DNA of 64,000 bases from an uncultured Gammaproteobacteria bacterium (GTDB taxonomy: Bacteria; Pseudomonadota; Gammaproteobacteria; Steroidobacterales; JABDMI01), in the NCBI GenBank assembly GCA_905479875.1, contig CAJQOG010000066.1, positions 632 through 64,631 on the forward strand. The letters are read 5' to 3'. The position numbers and the translations under genes were made by a program. Of this stretch, positions 9,138 to 17,978 are shown in pieces. The notes beneath the pieces are model-generated. The model was not told the origin of the DNA. It made no database searches and was given only the letters and a program-made list of their open reading frames with translations. Each line of letters opens with the position of its first letter. The stretch's first letter is position 1.

Positions 9138-9560
9138 ATGCATAACACATCTAACAAAGCAAACTATAAGTACTTTGTAACTATAAATACACGCTGGATG
9201 GATAATGATATTTACGGTCATGTAAATAATGTGACTTATTACAGCTATTTTGACACCGCAGCAAATCAATATTTAATCGATGAAGGTGGATTGGATATCC
9301 AAAATGCAAAAATTGTTGGTTTTGTTGTGGCTTCATCCTGTGAGTATCATTCGCCTATCGATCATCCAAGTAAGATTGAAGTAGGGTTGCGAGTGGAGCG
9401 ATTAGGGAATTCTTCAGTGACATATGCTTTAGGGATTTTCAAGGAAGGTATTGAGGAGGCTTGTGCGCATGGGAGTTTTACGCACGTTTTTGTAGATAGA
9501 GCCAGTGGCAAATCTGTAAAAATGCCCAATGCGTTGCGAGAAGCATTGTTGAAAATTTAG
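9138..9560 (+). CDS. acyl-CoA thioesterase, 4HBT/YbgC-like hot-dog family
   Basis: 140 aa. TRWMDNDIYGHVNNVTYYSYFD is the typical 4HBT catalytic region. Confidence 0.8.
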   Translation: MHNTSNKANYKYFVTINTRWMDNDIYGHVNNVTYYSYFDTAANQYLIDEGGLDIQNAKIVGFVVASSCEYHSPIDHPSKIEVGLRVERLGNSSVTYALGIFKEGIEEACAHGSFTHVFVDRASGKSVKMPNALREALLKI

Positions 9561-9587
9561 GTCAAATACTAACAGCAACTTAATAGA

Positions 9588-9615
9588 TTGACACTTTGAA
9601 TAAACAAAGTAAAAT
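9588..9615 (+). promoter_or_regulatory. candidate sigma70 promoter for tRNA-Val
   Basis: TTGACA (9588-9593), 16-nt spacer, TAAAAT (9610-9615), about 40 nt upstream of the tRNA 5' end. Confidence 0.45.
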
Positions 9616-9656
9616 CCACATGCTTAGAAGCTTCATAGTGATTGTAAAAGCATCAT

Positions 9657-9733
9657 AGGACTATAGCTCAGCTGGTTAGAGCGCTACATTGACATTGTAG
9701 AGGTCAGCAGTTCGAATCTGCTTAGTCCTACCA
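9657..9733 (+). tRNA. tRNA-Val (anticodon GAC)
   Basis: Cloverleaf folded by hand: acceptor AGGACTA/TAGTCCT, D stem GCTC/GAGC, anticodon stem CTACA/TGTAG with loop TTGACAT, T arm AGCAG-TTCGAAT-CTGCT, encoded CCA. Confidence 0.95.
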
Positions 9734-9735
9734 AA

Positions 9736-9813
9736 TTTCCCGAAGGGAAATTTAAAGCATAGAATTGCGATTGCGAAGCAATATTGAATCCCAATGGGAG
9801 CTTTAAAACATAG
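9736..9813 (+). repeat. two degenerate direct repeats (51-nt register), each with a TCCC-N3-GGGA triloop hairpin
   Basis: TTTCCCGAAGGGAAATTTAAAGCATAG (9736-9762) versus AATCCCAATGGGAGCTTTAAAACATAG (9787-9813), 20/27 identical. The first hairpin (AAATTTCCC-GAA-GGGAAATTT, 9733-9753) doubles as a terminator-like structure at the tRNA 3' end. Confidence 0.4.
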
Positions 9814-9868
9814 CAAACATTATTCCGTGAAACGAAATTTACATCTAGCAAATTTAAACACTATTTAT

Positions 9869-9894
9869 GAATTCCCACCGTCATGGGAATGACA
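9869..9894 (-). repeat. REP-like element (TGTCAT + hairpin family), copy 1
   Basis: Minus-strand reading is TGTCATTCCCATGACGGTGGGAATTC. Stem ATTCCCA/TGGGAAT (9871-9877 / 9884-9890). Same head (TGTCAT) and architecture as the pair at 49169-49237. Confidence 0.45.
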
Positions 9895-9909
9895 ATTTTA
9901 ATTAACCAC

Positions 9910-9940
9910 GCGATCTAATTGTAGAGGTCGCCACTGGAGA
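9910..9940 (+). promoter_or_regulatory. candidate ThrRS translational operator hairpin plus thrS Shine-Dalgarno
   Basis: Stem GCGATC/GGTCGC (one U-G pair). The 10-nt loop UAAUUGUAGA contains UUGUA, as in a tRNA-Thr(UGU) anticodon loop. It ends 4 nt before GGAGA (9936-9940); the ATG is at 9948. Confidence 0.3.
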
Positions 9941-9947
9941 CAGAAAC

Positions 9948-11876
9948 ATGCCTGTAATTACTCTTCCTGACGGTTCTCAACGTATTTTTGATAAGCCTGT
10001 AACTTTGTATGAGGTCGCTGCTGATATTGGTGCGGGTTTAGCTAAGGCGACTATAGCTGGTTCTGCCAATGGCAATCCAATTGATGCTTCAGATCTCATT
10101 ACTGAAGATTCCAATGTAGTTATCTTTACTAGTAAAAGCGAAGAGGGTGTAGAAATTATTCGTCACTCTTGTGCTCATTTAATTGGTCATGCGGTAAAGC
10201 AGTTATATCCAACAGCAAAAATGGCCATTGGACCTGTGATTGAAGAAGGTTTTTATTACGATATAGAATACGAACGTACTTTTACTCCAGAAGATGTTGA
10301 TAAAATTGAAGCTCGAATGAAAGAGCTTATCAATACTGGCTACGATGTTGTTAAACAGTGGGCAACTCGCGATGAAGCAATTGCTACATTCAAAGAGCGA
10401 GGCGAAAGTTACAAAATAGAAATTATCGAACAAGACATCCCTAAAGATCAAGAACGCATCGGTTTATATCATCATGAAGAATATACCGACATGTGTCGTG
10501 GGCCTCACGTACCAAATACTAGTTTCTTAAAGAATTTCAAATTAACCAAAGTGTCTGGTTCTTATTGGAGAGGTAAAGCTGAGAATCAAGTTTTACAACG
10601 AATTTATGGAACGGCTTGGGCCAGTAAAAAAGATCTAAATGCTTATGTCACTCGAATGGAAGAAGCATCTAAACGTGACCATCGTAAGTTTGGTAAAAAA
10701 TATGACTTATTCCACCTGCAAGAAGAGGCGCCTGGAATGGTGTTTTGGCATGACAAAGGCTGGACAATTTATCAAACCATTGAAAGTTACATGCGTAGCA
10801 AGCTTAAAGCCAATGATTATCAAGAAGTTAAAACTCCACAAATTTTAGATCGTAGCTTGTGGGAAAAGTCGGGTCATTGGGATAAATATGCTGAGAACAT
10901 GTTTACAACAGGTTCTGAAGAACGAACCTATGCAATCAAACCAATGAACTGTCCATGTCATGTGCAAATCTATAATCATGGTTTACATAGTTACCGTGAA
11001 TTACCTCTACGCATGGCTGAGTTTGGTTCATGCCATCGTAACGAGGCCAGCGGCACTTTGCATGGCTTGATGAGAGTGCGAAATTTTGTACAGGATGATG
11101 CGCATATCTTCTGTACTGAAGACCAGATTGAAAGCGAAGTTGGCTCTTTTGTTGAGTTTTTACAGGAAGTGTACAGTGACTTCGGGTTTACCGATATTGA
11201 GGTATTTTTGTCCACTCGGCCGGAGAAGAGAGTAGGTGCTGAAAGCTTGTGGGATAAAGCAGAAACCAGCCTTGAAGCGGCCTTAAATGCCACTGGTTTG
11301 AAGTGGAGCTTGAATGCCGGTGATGGGGCATTCTATGGCCCTAAAATTGATTTCTCTTTACGAGATAGTATTGGCCGAAGTTGGCAATTAGGCACTATGC
11401 AGCTAGATTTCATGATGCCAGATCGTTTAGGCGCAATTTATGTGGCTGAAGATAATACTAGGAAAACCCCGGTAATGTTGCATCGTGCCATTCTTGGCTC
11501 GCTAGAACGATTCATTGGGGTGGTGCTAGAACACTACGCTGGAAATCTTCCTACTTGGCTTTCTCCGGTGCAAATTGTTGTGATGAGTTTGACCGATAGA
11601 ACCAAGGAATATGCTCGAGAAGTATCGAGTGCCTTGAAAAAACAAGGCTTTAGAGTTGAAACAGACTTGAGAAACGAGAAGATCGGCTTTAAAATTCGCA
11701 CCCACACTTTGCAGAGAGTGCCATATATGTTGGTACTAGGGGACAGAGAAGCTGAGCAGAATGTGCTCGCGGTTCGTACTCGAAACGGCGAAGACTTAGG
11801 AGTGATGTCACTCGAAGACTTAGTTGCAAAAGTGGATCAAGAAATTGCTCAAAAAGGCAAAACCACAGACTCATAG
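9948..11876 (+). CDS. thrS: threonine--tRNA ligase
   Basis: 642 aa with N-terminal TGS domain [10 protein letters not shown], editing-domain HSCAHL, class II core motifs and zinc ligands (CPCH..., FRHE-like CHRNE). Confidence 0.97.
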   Translation: MPVITLPDGSQRIFDKPVTLYEVAADIGAGLAKATIAGSANGNPIDASDLITEDSNVVIFTSKSEEGVEIIRHSCAHLIGHAVKQLYPTAKMAIGPVIEEGFYYDIEYERTFTPEDVDKIEARMKELINTGYDVVKQWATRDEAIATFKERGESYKIEIIEQDIPKDQERIGLYHHEEYTDMCRGPHVPNTSFLKNFKLTKVSGSYWRGKAENQVLQRIYGTAWASKKDLNAYVTRMEEASKRDHRKFGKKYDLFHLQEEAPGMVFWHDKGWTIYQTIESYMRSKLKANDYQEVKTPQILDRSLWEKSGHWDKYAENMFTTGSEERTYAIKPMNCPCHVQIYNHGLHSYRELPLRMAEFGSCHRNEASGTLHGLMRVRNFVQDDAHIFCTEDQIESEVGSFVEFLQEVYSDFGFTDIEVFLSTRPEKRVGAESLWDKAETSLEAALNATGLKWSLNAGDGAFYGPKIDFSLRDSIGRSWQLGTMQLDFMMPDRLGAIYVAEDNTRKTPVMLHRAILGSLERFIGVVLEHYAGNLPTWLSPVQIVVMSLTDRTKEYAREVSSALKKQGFRVETDLRNEKIGFKIRTHTLQRVPYMLVLGDREAEQNVLAVRTRNGEDLGVMSLEDLVAKVDQEIAQKGKTTDS

Positions 11877-11923
11877 AGTTTTAAGCCTTAGGCAATTTAT
11901 TTTAATTATTTGGAGAACTGACA

Positions 11924-12445
11924 ATTAGTAAGAAACGTTCAAGACGCAATAAAGAAATTACCAACCGTGAAGTACGAGTTATTGATCAACATGGTGAACA
12001 AATTGGTGTACTAGCTACCGATGAAGCTTTAGGAATGGCAGCGGCAGTCAATTTGGATTTAGTTGAAGTATCGCCTAATGCTGAACCGCCAGTGTGTCGT
12101 ATCATGGATTTTGGTAAGTATCTTTTTGAACAGAAGAAAAAGCAGAACTCAAATAAGAAAAAGCAAAAAATTATCCACGTTAAAGAAGTTAAATTCCGTC
12201 CAGGTACCGACGAGGGTGATTATCAAATTAAATTAAGAAATTTAACTAAGTTTCTTGAAAAAGGTGATAAAGCAAAAATTACTTTACGTTTTCGTGGTCG
12301 AGAAATGGCTCACAGAGAATTGGGTTCCAAAATGTTGGAACGCATTAAGAAAGATTTAGAAGAATTAGCAACAGTTGAGCAATTTCCTAAAATGGAAGGT
12401 CGCCAAATGGTAATGGTAATGGCGCCAAGAGCAACTGTTAAGTAA
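11924..12445 (+). CDS. infC: translation initiation factor IF-3 (AUU start codon)
   Basis: The reading frame is open upstream of the listed ATG 12035 back to the stop at 11903. ATT at 11924 lies 8 nt after GGAG (11912-11915). The added N-terminus [30 protein letters not shown] aligns with the IF3 N-domain. An AUU start is the known infC autoregulatory feature. Confidence 0.9.
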   Translation: MSKKRSRRNKEITNREVRVIDQHGEQIGVLATDEALGMAAAVNLDLVEVSPNAEPPVCRIMDFGKYLFEQKKKQNSNKKKQKIIHVKEVKFRPGTDEGDYQIKLRNLTKFLEKGDKAKITLRFRGREMAHRELGSKMLERIKKDLEELATVEQFPKMEGRQMVMVMAPRATVK

Positions 12446-12700
12446 TTAGATAGAGTTTTTAGAGTTTCGTTTGAGTTGAGAACATCAACTTAAACAAAAA
12501 AGTACGAGCAAACATTTTTTTTAAACTTAAGTGTGAGAAAAAAGGCAATTTGCTCGATAAGAAGAGAATGTTATTAATCGATTTGTAAAGGATGAATTTA
12601 ATAATGTTTCACCTTCAACCGTCCTGTTTAGAATTATTTAAACGCGATTGGGAAAAGGTTAATTAAATGGTAGCCTCGAAAGAGGTTGGAGATACAAACC

Positions 12701-12898
12701 ATGCCAAAAATGAAAAGCAATAGCGGTGCGGCTAAAAGATTTAAACGCACAGGGAAAGGTGGTTTCAAACGCCGTCAATCTCACCTTCGTCATATTCTAA
12801 CCAAGAAAAGCTCCAAGCGTAAACGTCAGCTAGGTCTTACTTTGCAAGTTGCAGAGTGCGATAAGAAGTCAGTTTCACGCATGTTGCCTTATTCATAA
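12701..12898 (+). CDS. rpmI: 50S ribosomal protein L35
   Basis: [40 protein letters not shown] at 12701 follows the GGAG at 12688-12691. The listed 12686 start is an in-frame TTG 5 codons upstream. Confidence 0.9.
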   Translation: MPKMKSNSGAAKRFKRTGKGGFKRRQSHLRHILTKKSSKRKRQLGLTLQVAECDKKSVSRMLPYS

Positions 12899-12915
12899 GC
12901 TAACGGAGAAGAATC

Positions 12916-13272
12916 ATGGCAAGAGTTAAACGTGGCGTCACAGCCAGAGCAAGACATAAGAAAGTCTTAAGACGTGCAAAAGGTTATTACGGTGCACGTC
13001 GTAAGATTTATCGCGTTGCTGTACAAGCAGTAACTAAAGCAGGTCAATACGCATATCGCGATAGACGTCAAAGAAAACGTCAATTCCGTAGATTGTGGAT
13101 TGCCCGTATCAATGCAGCTGCTAGACTTTCCGGTCTATCTTATAGTCGTTTTATTAACGGTTTAAGCAAAGCAGGTATCGAAGTGGATCGTAAGGTTCTT
13201 GCTGATATCGCTGTACATGATGCAGCAGGTTTTAGTGCCTTAGTTGAGAAAGCCAAGGCCAGCCTGTCTTAA
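12916..13272 (+). CDS. rplT: 50S ribosomal protein L20
   Basis: [18 protein letters not shown]...[22 protein letters not shown], canonical L20. Confidence 0.97.
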   Translation: MARVKRGVTARARHKKVLRRAKGYYGARRKIYRVAVQAVTKAGQYAYRDRRQRKRQFRRLWIARINAAARLSGLSYSRFINGLSKAGIEVDRKVLADIAVHDAAGFSALVEKAKASLS

Positions 13273-13341
13273 TTGCAGAAACAGTAGGATAAAGTCTCGG
13301 AAGAAAAATTCTGAGACTTGCAAAAAATAGCAATAAAGATA

Positions 13342-13373
13342 ACGGGGAAAGCCGAGGCTGACCCCGTTTTTTA
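13342..13373 (+). terminator. rho-independent terminator after rplT
   Basis: ACGGGG-N14-CCCCGT followed by TTTTTT (13367-13372). Confidence 0.7.
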
Positions 13374-13454
13374 TTGTTTGTTAGAAAACTTTAGAAGGAA
13401 TTTCAATAATATTTTGAAATTATTATTAGCACTCATAAATACTGTAAAAAGTAA

Positions 13455-14525
<1,071 letters not shown>

Positions 14526-14582
14526 AGCTCTTTCAACAAGAATATAAAAGTAAATTAAAATAATTTTAATTGAGTAATAGAT

Positions 14583-17006
14583 ATGAAATTTAGTGAAGCT
14601 TGGTTGCGTGAGTGGGTTAGTCCTGATGTTGATACAGCCACACTCTGTCATCAATTAACAATGGCTGGTTTAGAGGTTGGAAGTGTTGAACCTGCCGCTC
14701 CAGCATTTCATTCGGTTGTTGTAGCCGAAGTTACTGCTGTTGAAGCACATCCTGATGCAGATAAATTGCGTGTGTGTAAAGTCAGTGATGGTGCTGAAGA
14801 ATTGCAAATCGTATGTGGAGCCAGCAATGTACGAACTGGTTTGAAAGTTCCATTAATTAAAATTGGTGGAGAGTTGATTTCGTCTGATGGAAAGCCCTTT
14901 AAAATCAAAAAATCAAAATTACGTGGAATCGAATCATTTGGTATGTTGTGTTCTGCAGTTGAGTTAGGGCTTGCAGACAGCTCTGATGGTTTATTAGAGC
15001 TGTCAAATGATGCTTTAGTTGGGCAAGATATTCGTGAACACCTTAATCTTAATGACACGGTAATCGAAGTTGAACTGACCCCAAATCGTGGTGATTGTTT
15101 AGGTTTACGTGGTATCGCAAGAGAAGTAGCGGTACTTAATGGCATGGAGTTCACCGATAAATGTATGTCGGATGTCATTGCTACAACGATTAAGCATGAA
15201 GATGTTATTTCAGTTGAGCTACAAGCTAAAAACCAATGCCCAGCTTTTTCTGGTCGTATTGTTAAGGGCATTAATGTTAAAGCTGAAACTCCAATGTGGA
15301 TGCAAGAACGTTTACGTCGTAGCGGTTTACGTCCTATCAATCCTGTAGTTGATATTTCAAATTACGTTATGTTAGAAAGTGGACAACCTTCACATACTTT
15401 TGATTTAAGTGTCATTGATGAGTCGCTTCATGTTCGTTTTGCCAAGCAAGGTGAAAGATTAACTTTGTTAGATGGAAAGGAAGTGGAGTTAGATTCTGAT
15501 GTATTAGTTGTTGCAGATAAATCTAAAGCGCTTGCAATGGGCGGCATCATGGGTGGTGAGTATTCAGGTATTAATGATGATACAAAAGACGTATTCATTG
15601 AATGTGCTCATTTCACGCCTTTAGCTATTGCGGGTAAGGCTAGACGCTTTGGTCTGCATACTGACGCCTCACATCGTTTTGAGCGAGGCGTTGATCCAAA
15701 TTTGATGGTTACTGTAGTTGAACGCATAACCCATTTGCTTTTAGAGATTGTGGGAGGTGAGGCCGGACCTATTGAGTATGTTGGTGAGAAATTTAATCAA
15801 CTGAAAACTGTTGAGTTAGCGCACGTGCAATTAGAGTCCTTGCTTGGTGTTTCTATTACTGAAGAGTTTGCTTTAAACTCACTAAATCGTTTAGGTATTA
15901 GTACCACAGTTAACGCTCAAATTTATAAAGCAAGTATTCCAAGTCACCGTTTTGATATCCAAATTCCTGAAGACTTAGTGGAAGAAATCGGCCGAATTCA
16001 TGGCTTGAGTAATATTAAGTCCAAACCTTTACAGGCCGCGGCTCGTTTAAAACTAAATAAGGAAAGACAACTTTCTCCTAAGATATTTAAGCAAGCTCTT
16101 GTTGAAAGAGGCTATTCTGAAGTTATTACCTATAGCTTTATTTCCGAAGAACAGCACATACGTTTTGGTGGGAGTGATAAGGCCCTAAAGTTGAAAAACC
16201 CAATTTCAAAAGAGTTAGCGATCATGCGTGAAAGTTTGATTCCAAGCCTGGTTGAGACACTGAAATTTAATAATAAACGCCAACAAGAACGTGTGATGTT
16301 ATTTGAGGTAGGTTCTCGGTATATTCTGCAAGGCAATGAAATTAAAGAAGAAAAAACTCTCAGTTTCATTCGAAGTGGTGCGCGAAATACTGAACAATGG
16401 TCTGAGAAGCCTGAATCTGCAGACTTTTTTGACTTTAAATCCGATGTTGAGGCGGTACTTGATAAGACTGTTGATTTGAACTCATTTACACTTATTTCCC
16501 GTAACCATGCAAACTTGCATCCTGGCCAATCGGCTGAGATTAAGAGGGACATTGTAAAAGATAATGGCTCCATAGCTACTTATGAAAGTAGAGCGTATTT
16601 TGGTCAATTGCATCCTGCTTTACAGAAGGCATGTGATTTGGATAGAAGCGTGTATATAGCTGAAATTCCTTATAAACTGCTTGCTGAGCGTCAATTACCA
16701 ACCTTTGATTCCGTATCCGCTTTTCCTGCTTCAAGACGTGATTTATCAATCATGGTGCCACAAGAAGTGAGCAGCTCAAGTCTTATTGAAGCATGTTGGC
16801 TAGAAGCCCCTGATTTTTTACTTAATGTGAATGTATTTGATGTTTATCAGGGCAAGGGCGTAGAAATAGGTCAAAAAAGTGTGGCTTTGGGCTTGATTTT
16901 TCAGGGAAAATCACGCACTCTAACAGATGAAGAAATTGATGCTGCAACCCAAAATATTGTAGCAAATTTAAGTCAAACCCAAAACGCGGTACTTAGGGAT
17001 AGCTAA
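14583..17006 (+). CDS. pheT: phenylalanine--tRNA ligase beta subunit
   Basis: 807 aa with MKFSEAWLREWV N-terminus, tRNA-binding domain (KLRVCKVSDG), B3/4, B5 and FDX-ACB domains in canonical order. Confidence 0.97.
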   Translation: MKFSEAWLREWVSPDVDTATLCHQLTMAGLEVGSVEPAAPAFHSVVVAEVTAVEAHPDADKLRVCKVSDGAEELQIVCGASNVRTGLKVPLIKIGGELISSDGKPFKIKKSKLRGIESFGMLCSAVELGLADSSDGLLELSNDALVGQDIREHLNLNDTVIEVELTPNRGDCLGLRGIAREVAVLNGMEFTDKCMSDVIATTIKHEDVISVELQAKNQCPAFSGRIVKGINVKAETPMWMQERLRRSGLRPINPVVDISNYVMLESGQPSHTFDLSVIDESLHVRFAKQGERLTLLDGKEVELDSDVLVVADKSKALAMGGIMGGEYSGINDDTKDVFIECAHFTPLAIAGKARRFGLHTDASHRFERGVDPNLMVTVVERITHLLLEIVGGEAGPIEYVGEKFNQLKTVELAHVQLESLLGVSITEEFALNSLNRLGISTTVNAQIYKASIPSHRFDIQIPEDLVEEIGRIHGLSNIKSKPLQAAARLKLNKERQLSPKIFKQALVERGYSEVITYSFISEEQHIRFGGSDKALKLKNPISKELAIMRESLIPSLVETLKFNNKRQQERVMLFEVGSRYILQGNEIKEEKTLSFIRSGARNTEQWSEKPESADFFDFKSDVEAVLDKTVDLNSFTLISRNHANLHPGQSAEIKRDIVKDNGSIATYESRAYFGQLHPALQKACDLDRSVYIAEIPYKLLAERQLPTFDSVSAFPASRRDLSIMVPQEVSSSSLIEACWLEAPDFLLNVNVFDVYQGKGVEIGQKSVALGLIFQGKSRTLTDEEIDAATQNIVANLSQTQNAVLRDS

Positions 17007-17053
17007 ATCCATAGTTCAATGCGCGGGTCGTTACAAGAAAATGGTGATATATC

Positions 17054-17353
17054 ATGGCTCTAACCAAAGCACAATTAGCTGAATCTCTATTCAATGAACT
17101 GGGATTAAATAAACGCGAAGCTCGCGACTTGGTTGATATGTTTTTTGATGAAATAAGAAAGGCATTAGCTAATGGTCATCGCGTAAAAATATCTGGCTTT
17201 GGCAATTTCGAATTACGAGACAAAAAACAAAGACCTGGACGTAATCCAAAAACTGGTGAAGAGATTCCAATTTCTGCACGCAGAGTAGTTACTTTCAGAG
17301 CCGGTCAAAAATTAAAATCGAGAGTAGAGGCCTATGCTGGAGGCAGCAAATAA
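17054..17353 (+). CDS. ihfA: integration host factor alpha subunit
   Basis: [18 protein letters not shown]...[41 protein letters not shown]. Confidence 0.95.
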   Translation: MALTKAQLAESLFNELGLNKREARDLVDMFFDEIRKALANGHRVKISGFGNFELRDKKQRPGRNPKTGEEIPISARRVVTFRAGQKLKSRVEAYAGGSK

Positions 17354-17690
17354 TAGTGACCTTCCCCCAATTCCGGGGAAGCGTTATTTCACCATTGGTG
17401 AGGTTAGTGAATTGTGTGCTGTTAAGGCGCATGTTTTACGTTACTGGGAACAAGAGTTCCCACAGTTAAAGCCTGTAAAGCGACGTGGTAATCGCCGATA
17501 CTATCAACATCAAGATGTTATTTTAATTCGTCAGATTAGATCTTTGTTGTATGACCGTGGATATACCATTGGTGGTGCACGCCAACAATTATCTGGTGAA
17601 GATGCTCAAACTGATGTTAATCAGAGCCAACAAATTGTTCATCAAGTTCGTTTAGAACTCGAAGAGTTATTGAGACTTCTGCGACGTTAA
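17334..17690 (+). CDS. MerR family transcriptional regulator (conserved partner downstream of ihfA)
   Basis: [31 protein letters not shown]...[13 protein letters not shown]. Overlaps the ihfA 3' end by 20 nt. Confidence 0.85.
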   Translation: MLEAANNSDLPPIPGKRYFTIGEVSELCAVKAHVLRYWEQEFPQLKPVKRRGNRRYYQHQDVILIRQIRSLLYDRGYTIGGARQQLSGEDAQTDVNQSQQIVHQVRLELEELLRLLRR

Positions 17691-17769
17691 TGTTGATTTG
17701 CTACTATTGATAACTGAGTATTGTTATTTGTAAAATGCAAAACCATATTAAATTTGATTTTTAGGTCGT

Positions 17770-17847
<78 letters not shown>

Positions 17848-17897
17848 TTTAGCTGCATTAACTTCATAATAGGATTGCAGGGTGATTTCTTTCAGAC

Positions 17898-17913
17898 GTA
17901 AATTGCAATTTAC
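17898..17913. promoter_or_regulatory. perfect 16-bp palindrome GTAAATTGCAATTTAC (TyrR-box-like architecture)
   Basis: Exactly self-complementary. Fits GTAAA-N6-TTTAC, the core of the E. coli TyrR box TGTAAA-N6-TTTACA. Lies 52 nt after tRNA-Pro and 65 nt before the addB-like start. Confidence 0.3.
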
Positions 17914-17978
17914 CAGAAAGTCTTTAAAAGCCTTGGCTGTCATTTTTATGTCAAATCTCTCTAGCAAAGACTATCCTA

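Noticed and set aside
9700-9932. 12-nt identity ATTGTAGAGGTC between tRNA-Val (anticodon stem/variable loop) and the thrS leader (9919-9930)
   Set aside because: The flanks do not align and the match occupies different structural contexts (stem versus loop). A single 12-mer in 64 kb can arise by chance. It is noted only as context for the operator hypothesis.
14708-15340. 210-aa antisense ORF inside pheT (and a second one, 147 aa, at 16130-16573)
   Set aside because: Both lie fully within the strongly conserved pheT frame. The translations are Ser/Pro/Cys/Ile-rich with no motif or start context. They are typical shadow ORFs.
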